Positions 39,095 through 48,672 of a stretch of DNA of 64,000 nucleotides are shown here, piece after piece. The translations under genes and the position numbers were made by a program. The notes under the pieces are model-generated. The model did no database searches and was not told the origin of the DNA. It saw nothing but the letters and a program-made list of their open reading frames with translations. Origin of the DNA: an uncultured delta proteobacterium (GTDB lineage Bacteria; Desulfobacterota; RBG-13-43-22); NCBI GenBank assembly GCA_963843145.1, contig CAWJJC010000022.1, forward strand, positions 384,001-448,000, given 5' to 3'. Numbering within the stretch: the first letter of the stretch is position 1; each line of letters begins with the position of its first letter.

Positions 39095-40273
39095 ATGAGT
39101 CTCTTAAATGAATATATCCAAAAACGTTTGAGTGGTAACGAGCTTGAAGCCGAGTTATTGCGCCTTATCTCCAAATATAATAAATTAAGGGACACCTATC
39201 TTTTTGTTTTTTCAGCAGCGATCGGAAAGCCCATCCCTGCGATAAGCCTGGAGCAAGCAGACTTCTATATTTTTCACGATCTCTTGTCGGGTAAAAATAG
39301 AAAAAGCGTCGATATCTATATTGAAACGCCAGGCGGAAGCGGTGAAACAGCAGAGGAGATCGTCCGGTTCCTACACAAGAACTTTGAAACCGTGTCTTTT
39401 ATCGTATCCGGGGAGGCCAAGAGTGCCGGTACGCTCATCGTCCTTTCCGGGGATGAAATATTGATGACAGAGACGGGCAGCTTGGGCCCGATCGATGCAC
39501 AAGTCAAAATTGGTAGGTCGGTTGTATCTGCCTATGACTACGTTGAGTGGGTTAATGAAAAACGCAAAGAGGCAGAAACCTTAGGTACTCTAAATCCTTT
39601 TGATGCCACCATGGTAGCCCAAATCACCCCTGGTGAATTAAGCGGCGTTTACCATGCTCTCAAATATGCAGAGGAATTGGTTGTCGAATGGCTAGTGAAT
39701 TATAAGTTTAGGAAATGGCATGAAACGGAGACCAGGAAATATCCGGTAACACTTGAGGCCAAGAAGAAACGTGCCGGAGAAATTGCCGCGGAGTTAACAA
39801 ATCATGCCAAATGGCGTCTCCACGGCAGGTCTATTAAGATTGACGACCTTGAGAATATCGGACTCAAGATCAAAAGGGTAGAAGACGATATCAAGTTAAG
39901 GGAATTGGTTCATCGAATTCAAATTGTTTGCCGTTTGCTTTTTGATACGACAACCACCTTTAAGATATTTGCCACGGAAGACACAAAAATCTTTCGCCAG
40001 GCTGCGCCCGCCAACGTACCGATCAAAATGCCCTTAAGGCCGGGCAAGGCAGACGTTTTACAGATTGATCATAAATGTCCGCAATGTGGCGTTGCTCATA
40101 AGATTTATGCTAAATTTAACCCAAATCCCAAAATCGATCAGGACCTTCAAAAACAAGGTTTTCGTCCGTTTCCAAAAAATGGTAAAATCCAATGTAATTG
40201 TGGTTTTGAGATGGATTTGACAGGGCTCAAGAACCAGATTGAATCCGATTTGGGCAAGTCAATGGTTTTATAA
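39095..40273 (+). CDS. SDH_sah/ClpP-like serine protease with a C-terminal zinc ribbon
   Basis: 'ETPGG', 'AKSAGT' (nucleophile Ser), 'LGPIDAQ', 'HGRSI'; C-terminal CPQC...CNC; AT-richer. Confidence 0.8.
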   Translation: MSLLNEYIQKRLSGNELEAELLRLISKYNKLRDTYLFVFSAAIGKPIPAISLEQADFYIFHDLLSGKNRKSVDIYIETPGGSGETAEEIVRFLHKNFETVSFIVSGEAKSAGTLIVLSGDEILMTETGSLGPIDAQVKIGRSVVSAYDYVEWVNEKRKEAETLGTLNPFDATMVAQITPGELSGVYHALKYAEELVVEWLVNYKFRKWHETETRKYPVTLEAKKKRAGEIAAELTNHAKWRLHGRSIKIDDLENIGLKIKRVEDDIKLRELVHRIQIVCRLLFDTTTTFKIFATEDTKIFRQAAPANVPIKMPLRPGKADVLQIDHKCPQCGVAHKIYAKFNPNPKIDQDLQKQGFRPFPKNGKIQCNCGFEMDLTGLKNQIESDLGKSMVL

Positions 40274-40287
40274 TTTATTTCAATAGG

Positions 40288-40473
40288 ATGCCTATTATGG
40301 ATAAGAAGATTAAAGAAAGAGAACTGGAAGAAAAAGCCTTGCTAACCTTTTTGCAAAGGACTAAGGAAGGGGAATATGCGACAATTGCAAAGTGTTCGAT
40401 GAGATTTATTAGGGAAAAGGAGCAGCGCGAGCCCATATATAATGATGAAGAATATTATTATAGCATAAGGTGA
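40288..40473 (+). CDS. Small hypothetical protein
   Basis: 61-aa ORF 14 bp after the protease, same strand and composition. Confidence 0.5.
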   Translation: MPIMDKKIKERELEEKALLTFLQRTKEGEYATIAKCSMRFIREKEQREPIYNDEEYYYSIR

Positions 40474-40865
40474 TTTTCACATTTAATTTTTCCAACCTAT
40501 AGGCGCGTTGTTATTGGGAATCAAACTTTATCGCTTTTGATGGCTTCGACCAATTTTCACATTCCACCTGTTAGGTTCTTCGGAAAAAATGCGGCAGGTT
40601 TATATTCTCTTTTAACTTGCTCTTACTTGCCCCCGAAAGACCACCAATTCCTTGCCGCTTAAAATCTCGGCAATATGTCCGGGTCCCTTATCAAGATTGT
40701 CGTATCAAAGATTTTCTTAAAGAACTTAATTCCAGCGAGGGCCTGGTTCCCGATATCCCATAGATATTCAAGGCCTTGAAGGCCAACGGCTCTCCGAAAT
40801 CCCGTTTTGAGACAAGATGAGGACCGGACCTATTTTGGACTCTTCCGGATCAATTTCACAAGGTC

Positions 40866-42022
40866 CTAATTTGATGCGTTTTCGGGTTCCGTCGGCTTCT
40901 CTCCGATCCGGGCTAAGAATTTTTTTTGTTTGTCCCTGTCCCAATGAGCGCAGAAGGCCGGCTTGCCGCCTATTACCCTTTTCAGGCATAAAGAACAGGT
41001 CGGTTCGCAGGAGACCAGCGGTTCCTGAACCAACCCTTCGGCCTTCTTAGGCCAGAGAGGATCGGCCAGGAGGACTCGGGCCAGGCCGATCAGATCGGCC
41101 TGGCCCGAGTCCAGTATCCGTTCGGCCGTCTCCGGAGTCTGAATCCTGCCGGCGGCTATCACCGGGGTTTTTGGGACAACCGCTTTGATTTGCCCGGCAA
41201 AGGAAGACATATAGCCTTCCTCTCTTTTCGGCCTTCAGGTACTCGGGCAGGAAAAAGGAATCATAGGTGCCGGCCATGACCGAGAGGTAGGCCACTCCCC
41301 GTTTTCCCAGCTCTTGGGCATAGAGGGTTGTTTCCTCGGGATGGAGGCCGTCGGGCAGCCACTCATCGGCCAGAAAACGGTATCCCACCGGGAAATCCGG
41401 TCCCACGGCACCCAGCACCGCGTCGACCACCTGTAAAGGGAAGCGCATCCGGTTTTCCAAATGACCCCCCATAGCCATCGGTCCGCTGATTGGTTCGGGG
41501 TGAAAGAAATTGGACCAACAGGTAGCCGGTTCCCCCGTGAAGTTCTACCCCATCGAACCCGGCCTCCTTCACCCGCAAGGCGCCGGTCACGAAGGCCCGG
41601 GTCACTTGATCCATATCCTCCTGATTCATCTCCCGGGGGACCACCCGATAGGTTTCAAAAGGGGACGGGGCGATTTTATCGGCCCCATAGGCATAGCGCC
41701 CCGCATGGTTGATCTGCTGGATGGCCAGGGCCCCCTGTTGGTGAATAGTTTTAGCCAGCCCGGAGAGTCCCAAAAGGAACCGCTCCTCATCCACACGGAG
41801 GGTAAAAGGCGATCCCATCCCCTTAGAGTCCACGGCCGCGTTTTCCACCACGATCAAGGAGGCCCCCGAGGCCGCCATCTCCTGATAATGGTCCAGGATC
41901 AGGGAATTGACCGTCCCATCGGGGTTGGCATAGCCCAGGAACAGCGGGGCCATGGTGATCCGGTTTTTTAGAGTCAGATTTTTTATGGTAAATGGAGAAG
42001 GCAGCAGCGTCTTTTTATTCAT
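40866..42022 (-). CDS. NADH:flavin oxidoreductase (Old Yellow Enzyme family), split by two one-base frameshifts (near 41460 and 41225)
   Basis: Three frames join: 'LKNRITMAP..QINHAGR..GFDGVELHG..FLSP..N.RTDGYGG' / 'ENRMRF..VGYR' / 'AAGRI..DLIGLARVLLADP..CEPTCSLC'. Confidence 0.88.
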
Positions 42023-42265
42023 AGTACCTCCAAGGATTGGTTGAAATGGCGTTAAGGGAAAAAGGCTGCTCAATCAAACCGGTTCGTAGCGACACGGTTT
42101 GGGAGAAACGACCTCACCCTGCTCTTTTAGGATAACAGAGGACAATTTTTTTTACAAATAGGGAAAATCCTGTAAAATAAGATAATATTTGAGGTGCCGT
42201 TTATGGGACTCTCTCTATCCGGCAGGGCCGCGACTTTGTTAAGAGGGCTTCAATATTCAAATTCA

Positions 42266-43045
42266 ATGGAAATCCAACCTGGACTGATGAACCCGATCTA
42301 TTGGGAAGAAGCCTATCGTCTTCGTACCTATGAAGTCGATTTCCAAAACCGATTGCGCCTCAGCGCCCTTTTTCATTTTATGCAGGAGACGGCCAGCAAT
42401 CAAATTGAGCGCCAAGGGGTAGGTATAGACATCCTGCGGACCGACAACTTGGCCTGGGTGCTTTCCCGCCTGCTGATCGTGATGGACCGCTACCCCGGAT
42501 GGGGGGAGGAAATCCTGGTTAAGACCTGGCCCCGGGGGATCGAGCGCCTGTTTGCCCTGCGGGATTTTCTGATTACCAGCCGGCAGGGCGAAGTGCTGGG
42601 TCGGGTTACTTCCAATTGGCTGCTCGTGAATCTAAGGACCCGAAGACCCAAGAGATTGGAGGAGGTTTTTAAACGTATGCCGATTGATCCCGGACAGCGC
42701 GCCTTAGATCGGCGATTGGAAAAGCTCCCTCCCCTGGAATCACCCGAGGAGACGCTGGGCTTCAAGGCCGCCTACCAACACATCGATTTGAACCGGCATA
42801 TGAACAATGCCCATTACGTCGGCTGGATTTTAAACAGTTTCCCTTTGGACTTCCATCAGCATTACCAGTTGGCCGATTTGCAGATCAACTTCCTGGCCGA
42901 AACCCAAGGGGGCGAGGTGCTCACCATTTACCGGGAAAGAATCGGAAAGGGCGAACGCCTTTCGCAGGGAATCGAAGGACGAAAAAATGACGGGCAGACC
43001 CTGGCCTTCCAGGCCAGAGTGGATTGGACCAGATCTTCTTCCTAA
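42266..43045 (+). CDS. Acyl-ACP thioesterase (FatA/FatB-like)
   Basis: 'RTYEVD', 'WVLSR', 'TWP', 'RDF', 'IDLNRHMNNAHY'; the start is uncertain. Confidence 0.9.
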   Translation: MEIQPGLMNPIYWEEAYRLRTYEVDFQNRLRLSALFHFMQETASNQIERQGVGIDILRTDNLAWVLSRLLIVMDRYPGWGEEILVKTWPRGIERLFALRDFLITSRQGEVLGRVTSNWLLVNLRTRRPKRLEEVFKRMPIDPGQRALDRRLEKLPPLESPEETLGFKAAYQHIDLNRHMNNAHYVGWILNSFPLDFHQHYQLADLQINFLAETQGGEVLTIYRERIGKGERLSQGIEGRKNDGQTLAFQARVDWTRSSS

Positions 43046-43133
43046 TTTGAAATTCCTTTGACAGGATTTAGATGTTAGGCTATTGGTTGATAACCATCAG
43101 GAGATCTAATTAGAAAATAAGGAGGCATAAGAA

Positions 43134-44333
43134 ATGCCCGGTTATGAAGTGCTTGGGGAAGAAGAAAAAAAAGAGATCCTGGAAGTTCTGGAAACGGGCG
43201 TCCTGTTTCGCTACGGGTTTCCGGCCCAGCGGCAGGGCCGCTATAAGGTTGAAGAGTTTGAAAAGGCCTTTGCCGCTTTTACCGGTCGGAAACATGCCCT
43301 GGCTGTCTCTTCCGGAAGCACGGCCCTGAGGGTGGCCTTGGCCGCCTCGGCGTGGGCTTCGGGGACGAGGTCATTACCACCGGTTTCACTTTTGTGGCCA
43401 CCTGGGAAGCCATACTGGAGACCGGGGCCGTACCAGTGTTCACCGAAATCGACGACACCTTGAATATGGATCCGCAAGACCTGGAAAAGAAAATTACCCC
43501 CCGGACCCGGGCCATCATTCCGGTGCATATGCTGGGAGCCCAGGCGAATATTGAGCCGATTCTGGAAGTCGCCGGCCGGCACAACCTGCCGGTTATTGAA
43601 GATACGGCCCAGGCCGCCGGGGGATTTATCCGAGGTAAGCACCTGGGGTCCTTCGGGGCCATCGGCACCTTTTCCTTCGATTCGGTCAAGACCTTGACCA
43701 CCGGTGAGGGTGGGATGCTGATCATGGACGACCCCGAACTTTTTCGCCGGGCCTCGGAATACCACGATCACGGCCACGACCATATCGGTACCGATCGCGG
43801 ACTGGAGGGCCGGAGCTTCATCGGCTTCAACTACCGGATGATGGAGTTGCAGGGGGCGCTGGGATTGGCGCAATTGCGGAAGCTCCCGGAGATGATCGTC
43901 CCGGCAGCGGGAGAACAAGCGCCGTCTGAAGGCCATCCTCTCGGGGTTGAAGGGAATCAGGTTCCGGCACCTGCCGGATCCGGAGGGCGACACCGCTACT
44001 TTCCTGGCTTTTTTCCTGCCCGATCCGGAAAAAACCCTGGCCTTTAAAGAATTAGCCGGGAAAGGCGGGGTGGGGTTGGTTTATTTTTTCCAGAACACCT
44101 GGCATTATTACCGCAACTGGGAACATCTGCTGGGACAGAAAACCTCCGGCCACAACGGCTGGCCTTTTCGGGCCGCTGACGGGCGCGATCTTCAATACCC
44201 GCCGGATGCGCTTCCCCAGTCGGATGCCTTGATGGCCCGGACCCTGGTACTGCCCATCAACATCAAGATGGACGAGGCGATATTCGGCAAGGTGGAGCAG
44301 TTGGTCTCCGAAGCCAATAATAAATTTTTTTAG
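43134..44333 (+). CDS. kdnA: DegT/DnrJ aminotransferase, KdnA-like (8-amino-Kdo transaminase), split by two frameshifts (near 43346 and 43901)
   Basis: 'MPGYEVLGEEEKKE..FRYGF', 'SSGSTAL', 'SFDSVKT', 'DHGHDHIG.DRG', 'GLAQLRKL' match Shewanella KdnA as I recall it; adjacent to kdsB. Confidence 0.8.
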
Positions 44334-44355
44334 CCAAGGGGGGCTAAAAAAATTT

Positions 44356-45093
44356 ATGGAAACTGTCATAATCATCCCGGCCCGCTTTGAATCCTCCCGA
44401 TTCCCCGGCAAGCCCTTGGCTCAGATTCACGGCTGCCCGATGATCGGCCGGGTGATTCTGCGGGCCCGGCAGATCAGCGGGGTTTCCCGGATCGCCGTGG
44501 CCACCGATGACGAGCGGATCATCGCCTGTGCCCGGGAATTTCAGGTCCCGATACTTCGAACCCGCTCGGAGCACCGAACAGGGACCGACCGGATCGCCGA
44601 AGCCGCCGATCAACTGGATCTGGCTCCCGACACGCTGGTGGTCAATATCCAGGGGGACCAGCCTTTTTTCCCCTTCCAGGCCGTTGCGGACCTGATCGCC
44701 GGTCATCAAGAGAATCCGCACTGGCCCCTGAGCACCCTGATCTACCGCATCACCGTCCCGTCCGAGATCCCGGATCCCAAGCATGTGAAGACCGTCTTCG
44801 ATTCCAGCGGCCGGGCCCTTTACTTCTCCCGCTCCCCCATCCCCTTTTACCGCGACGGCGATCCCGCCCCTGTTTATTACAAACACCTGGGCATTTACGC
44901 CTACCGCCGGGACTTCCTCGACATCTTTACTTCCCTCCCCACAGGTCCCCTGGAAGCCGCCGAAAAGCTGGAACAGCTCCGGGCCCTCGAGCACGGCTAC
45001 CCGGTCCAGGTGATCATTACCCTCCACGATTCCTTCGAGGTGGATTCTCCGGAGGACCTGCATCGGTTGCCGGGAGATAACCCCGTTTTTTAA
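44356..45093 (+). CDS. kdsB: 3-deoxy-manno-octulosonate cytidylyltransferase
   Basis: '[15 protein letters not shown]', 'TGTDR', 'NIQGDQP', '[10 protein letters not shown]', 'EKLEQLR'. Confidence 0.95.
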   Translation: METVIIIPARFESSRFPGKPLAQIHGCPMIGRVILRARQISGVSRIAVATDDERIIACAREFQVPILRTRSEHRTGTDRIAEAADQLDLAPDTLVVNIQGDQPFFPFQAVADLIAGHQENPHWPLSTLIYRITVPSEIPDPKHVKTVFDSSGRALYFSRSPIPFYRDGDPAPVYYKHLGIYAYRRDFLDIFTSLPTGPLEAAEKLEQLRALEHGYPVQVIITLHDSFEVDSPEDLHRLPGDNPVF

Positions 45094-45137
45094 TAGCCGG
45101 TTGAAAAGGGGATTAGGAATGAAAAAGTCCGGATGCC

Positions 45138-45484
45138 TTGAAATCACAATTTGTGATTTCAAGTTGGGGTGTTTGCGGCGGGCTCGACCTTATGCCTTCA
45201 CTGAACAAGGCGTGGCCATGCTTTCCAGTGTGCTGCGCAGTGAGCGGGCTATTCAGGTCAACATCGCCATCATGAGGGTTTTCGTACGACTCCGCCAGAT
45301 GCTGGCAACCCATAAGGATCTGGCGACCAAGTTGGCCGAGCTTGAAAATCGGCTTAAGGATCACGATGAGCAGATTTTGGCCATCTTCGACGCCATCCGC
45401 GCCCTGATGGTCCCACCGGAAAAACCCAAGAAGAAGATCGGGTTCGACCTGAAGGAGAAACAAGCGGGATACAGAAAAAGATGA
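45138..45484 (+). pseudogene. ORF6N-domain DNA-binding protein, N-terminally truncated
   Basis: '[11 protein letters not shown]' (shifted frame), then '[34 protein letters not shown]...KKIGF'; the N-terminal half of the domain is missing. Confidence 0.8.
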
Positions 45485-45528
45485 AAAGATGGGGGGAAAA
45501 GAGTGTTATAAAGCCAGGAACGCCTAAG

Positions 45529-45630
45529 AAAAAACGCCCCCTCAACCAAAATTGAGAAGGCGTCGGGCCGGAGATGCTATCTCCGGGGCTGTTAATTATT
45601 GTATTTTACCATCTGCCTGCGTTTCGTCAA
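45529..45630 (-). ncRNA. Candidate small RNA (promoter, hairpin, terminator; no ORF)
   Basis: Minus strand TTGACG-16-TAAAAT, hairpin CCGGAGAT-agc-ATCTCCGG, terminator GACGCC...GGCGTT followed by a T run. Confidence 0.4.
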
Positions 45631-45641
45631 GAAAATAGAAA

Positions 45642-45728
45642 TTTTGGAGTGCGGCGACACGTCGCCGCTTTCCTATATCGGGACGCGTCCCAGTGATCAA
45701 AGCGCGGACGCGTCCGCGCACTCCAAAA
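45642..45728. repeat. REP-like compound palindrome (TTTTGGAGTGCG...CGCACTCCAAAA)
   Basis: 12-bp terminal inverted repeats enclosing three internal palindromes. Confidence 0.75.
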
Positions 45729-45777
45729 AAACCAACGGTCGCCATAACGGTATACTACACCGATAGAAGGAGGCAAA

Positions 45778-47244
45778 ATGCCAACCATCGGACGAAACGA
45801 CCCCTGTCCTTGCGGCAGCGGGAAAAAGTACAAGAAATGCTGTCTAAACGAAACCAAGGTGGTCTCCACCGAAGAGTTCCACTACCAGCGGTTGTCGGAG
45901 GCCTATAACCAGGTCTTCGACAAAATGGCCGAATTTTGCGGACGGGTGCTGGGGCCGGAGGCGGAGGACCGGGCTTTGTCCGAGTACTGGATGGCCGCCG
46001 GCGTAGACGTCTCTCCCGCCGACGAGGATATTAAACGGCAGATGCCTCTGTTCGCTCCCTGGATGGTTTTCAACTGGGAGGTTGACGCGTCTGCTTCCGC
46101 CAAAAATCGACCGGCCATCGAGGGGAAGACAGTAGCCGAAATCCTTCTCCAGGATCCGACTTGCCGGCTCGATTCCCTGGAACGCCAGTTGGCCGAAGCC
46201 TCCAATCGTAACCCTTACCGTTTTTTCGAAGTGCTGCGGGTGGACCCTGGGAAACGGGTCGATCTGCAGGACGTCTTGACGGGCGTCACGTATACGGTCC
46301 AGGAGCGGTCTGGGTCGCATTATATGAAACCGCATGACCTGCTCTTCGGTCGAGTGGCCGCGATCGACGAAGTCAACATGTTTATCGGGCTGATCCCCTA
46401 TCCCATTCCCCCCGCCTACAAGGTCGGCCTCATCGAATTGCGAAACCGGCTGAAGGCGGGAAAGGCGGAGATCACCGAGGCCGACATCCGGACCGGGGAG
46501 ACGGAAATCCGCCGGGAGTTTTTTCTGATGGACCACTTCCTGCACCATCCCCCCACCATCTGCAACACCGACGGCGATCCTTTGGAACCGCATAAACTGA
46601 TTTTCGAGATTGATTCGCCGGAAAGGGTGTTGGATGAACTGGCCTCTCTCAGTGTCACCGAATCCAAGGAAGAGATTGTCCGCAACGCCCACTACAACGA
46701 GGACGGCAGCCTTCAACGGGTGGAATGGGACTGGAGCCGGCCGGGCCACAAACAAAGCCCCGGAATGTCCAATACGATTCTGGGAAATTTGAAGATCGAC
46801 GGAAGCCGGTTTACGGTCGAGGTGAATTCGGCGAATCGGGCCAAAAAAATTCGAAAAACTATCGAAAAACGTTTGGGAACCACGGTCCGCTTCAAACTGG
46901 ACGAAATCACTCCATTCAGACCACAGGAAGTGTGGGAATCCGCCCAGGACCCGGATAGGCGGGAATCGGCCTCCGATAAATTCCTGATCCAGAACCCGGA
47001 GGTGCAACGGGCACTGGCCGAAAGCATGCGGTCCCATTGGGAAGGCTGGGTGGACATGAAAATCCCGGCTTTAGGTAACCGGACTCCGCGAGAGGCGGTT
47101 CGCACGGCAGACGGCCGGGAGGCCGTGGAGGCCCTGCTCATCGATTTTGAACGGGGGAAAGCCGTCCAACCGGAGTTGAACGAGTTCAACCGTCGTGGGG
47201 TTCAGCGGGTCAGGGAATTACTGGGCTTGGCGAAAAAAGGATAG
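45778..47244 (+). CDS. SEC-C motif protein with a C-terminal Xre/MbcA/ParS-like (DUF2384) domain
   Basis: N-terminal '[19 protein letters not shown]'; C-terminal '[31 protein letters not shown]'. Confidence 0.82.
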   Translation: MPTIGRNDPCPCGSGKKYKKCCLNETKVVSTEEFHYQRLSEAYNQVFDKMAEFCGRVLGPEAEDRALSEYWMAAGVDVSPADEDIKRQMPLFAPWMVFNWEVDASASAKNRPAIEGKTVAEILLQDPTCRLDSLERQLAEASNRNPYRFFEVLRVDPGKRVDLQDVLTGVTYTVQERSGSHYMKPHDLLFGRVAAIDEVNMFIGLIPYPIPPAYKVGLIELRNRLKAGKAEITEADIRTGETEIRREFFLMDHFLHHPPTICNTDGDPLEPHKLIFEIDSPERVLDELASLSVTESKEEIVRNAHYNEDGSLQRVEWDWSRPGHKQSPGMSNTILGNLKIDGSRFTVEVNSANRAKKIRKTIEKRLGTTVRFKLDEITPFRPQEVWESAQDPDRRESASDKFLIQNPEVQRALAESMRSHWEGWVDMKIPALGNRTPREAVRTADGREAVEALLIDFERGKAVQPELNEFNRRGVQRVRELLGLAKKG

Positions 47245-47913
47245 ATGTTGGACGCTCCTACCCCTCCAAAATGCCTCGAATGCGCCAAATTTTACCGGCA
47301 CCAGCCTCACGTCACGTGCCGGGTCTGCAATGACTTCAGGCTGGAAGAAACGCTCTTATGCGATCTGAACCGAATGATTCAGAAGCCGGACCCTTTCCAT
47401 TGTCACGCCTTCCAGCCCCGGCTCCACCTGGCCGGGACGAGGGAAGATGGACAGCCTACGAAATCGAGGCCGACTCCTCCTCGATCCCAGCTTCAATTCC
47501 TCCGGGATTTTTTGAAATCGGATAAGATCAAGTACCGAAAGGCCCTGGCCCTGCAAAAACTGGAACAGGACCCGGATGAGATTATAGTCAATCTTAAATA
47601 TCACCTGCTCTGGAACACGGCCCACCGAAGGCCGGTCTTTATTCCTCCCAAAAAGTATTTTGAAAATGTATTCGACCTGTTTCTCGGTTTCGGGGAATTG
47701 GTCGGTGGTACGGCCGCTTTGATGTGGCTGGCCCCGGATCATGTCCATGTCTATGTGGAAACGGATGGCGAGAAACCCTTGGAGGCCATTGTGAAGAAAT
47801 TGAAGGCAGCTTCCTCTAAAGCCCTTTTGGAGCAATTTCAAAACACGAAGGAGAATCTGACCAAAGGCGGACGCCTTTGGGATAAGGCTTATTTTGTAGA
47901 GACCATAGGCTGA
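47245..47913 (+). CDS. Cys-rich domain fused to an IS200/IS605 TnpA-like (Y1 HUH) domain lacking the catalytic YxxxQ helix
   Basis: 'CLEC..CRVC..LC..HCH', then 'LKYHLLWNT..R', 'PDHVHV', 'IVKKLK..SS', 'LWDKAYFVETIG*'. Confidence 0.8.
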   Translation: MLDAPTPPKCLECAKFYRHQPHVTCRVCNDFRLEETLLCDLNRMIQKPDPFHCHAFQPRLHLAGTREDGQPTKSRPTPPRSQLQFLRDFLKSDKIKYRKALALQKLEQDPDEIIVNLKYHLLWNTAHRRPVFIPPKKYFENVFDLFLGFGELVGGTAALMWLAPDHVHVYVETDGEKPLEAIVKKLKAASSKALLEQFQNTKENLTKGGRLWDKAYFVETIG

Positions 47914-48341
47914 AGGTATTTGTACAATTTTCGGCAGGTGGCGTCGAAGGACCGCGATTCCTCTTCCGAATCCAAGTGGCGACAATAGGGACCGCCCTCC
48001 AGTCCGATCGTTTCCATCAGTTTCTGTTGGGGAGTAAAGCGGAGGTATTCATTGTCATCGTTGACCTCCCGAATGATCTCCCCGCCGAGCAGCCAGAGGT
48101 TATCGATGTGGTTTCGGATAGTTGACTTGGACCACCCGTAATCGATAAGCGACTGAATGAAAGGACGAAATACCTCGACAAGTCCTTCCCCATAGGGAAC
48201 ATCTTTGTCCTCACCTTTCCAACTGTCTGGCCATTCCTGAAAATCGGGGCAGATCTTTTCAATGGTCAGGAGGGAGAGGGCCGCCCTCTTTTGCTTAAGG
48301 GGAGAATTCTCCACGCCCTTCTTGGTTAATCGAGTGCTCAT
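47889..48341 (-). CDS. Hypothetical protein
   Basis: Natural-looking globular sequence ('WPDSW', 'TIRNHIDNLWLLGGEII', 'FDATCRKLY'); ATGA coupling with the upstream ORF. Confidence 0.7.
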   Translation of the reverse strand: MSTRLTKKGVENSPLKQKRAALSLLTIEKICPDFQEWPDSWKGEDKDVPYGEGLVEVFRPFIQSLIDYGWSKSTIRNHIDNLWLLGGEIIREVNDDNEYLRFTPQQKLMETIGLEGGPYCRHLDSEEESRSFDATCRKLYKYLQPMVSTK

Positions 48342-48526
48342 TTCTTTCCCAAAGCCTCCAAGTCAGCCATTTCTTTTTGCTTCCGCTCGATTTCCTCTTC
48401 CAGCTCTTCAATGACCAGCAATTGGTGGGGGCGGATAGAGTGGGCCGGCAGGGCCGCTTCGCGGTCGACCTTATCCAACTTTAGTTTTTCTATCTCTTCC
48501 TGAAGCCGGGCTATTTTAGGGTCCAT
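48338..48526 (-). CDS. Small coiled-coil protein
   Basis: 'REAALPAHSIRPHQLLVIEELEEEI'; coupled to the downstream gene. Confidence 0.65.
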   Translation of the reverse strand: MDPKIARLQEEIEKLKLDKVDREAALPAHSIRPHQLLVIEELEEEIERKQKEMADLEALGKK

Positions 48527-48672
48527 GGGGAGTGATCCTATCAAAAACCTTGAAGAAGTCAAGAAGGCTTCAAGCCGTCATCCCCGATCAGGGCCGCAGA
48601 CGAAGTTGGGATCATTTAGATCGGCAGGGGAGCGACCACCTGGACCTCATAGGGGGGGGCATTTCGTCCCAT

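Noticed and set aside
40480-40770. Additional gene in the protease islet
   Set aside because: Only short broken frames are present, with no recognisable motif.
47911-47937. Readthrough of the TnpA-like TGA giving 'RYLYNFRQ' (a YxxxQ)
   Set aside because: The Tyr is too close to the preceding strand compared with real TnpA, the sequence is the antisense of the convergent gene's 3' end, and no SECIS-like hairpin follows.
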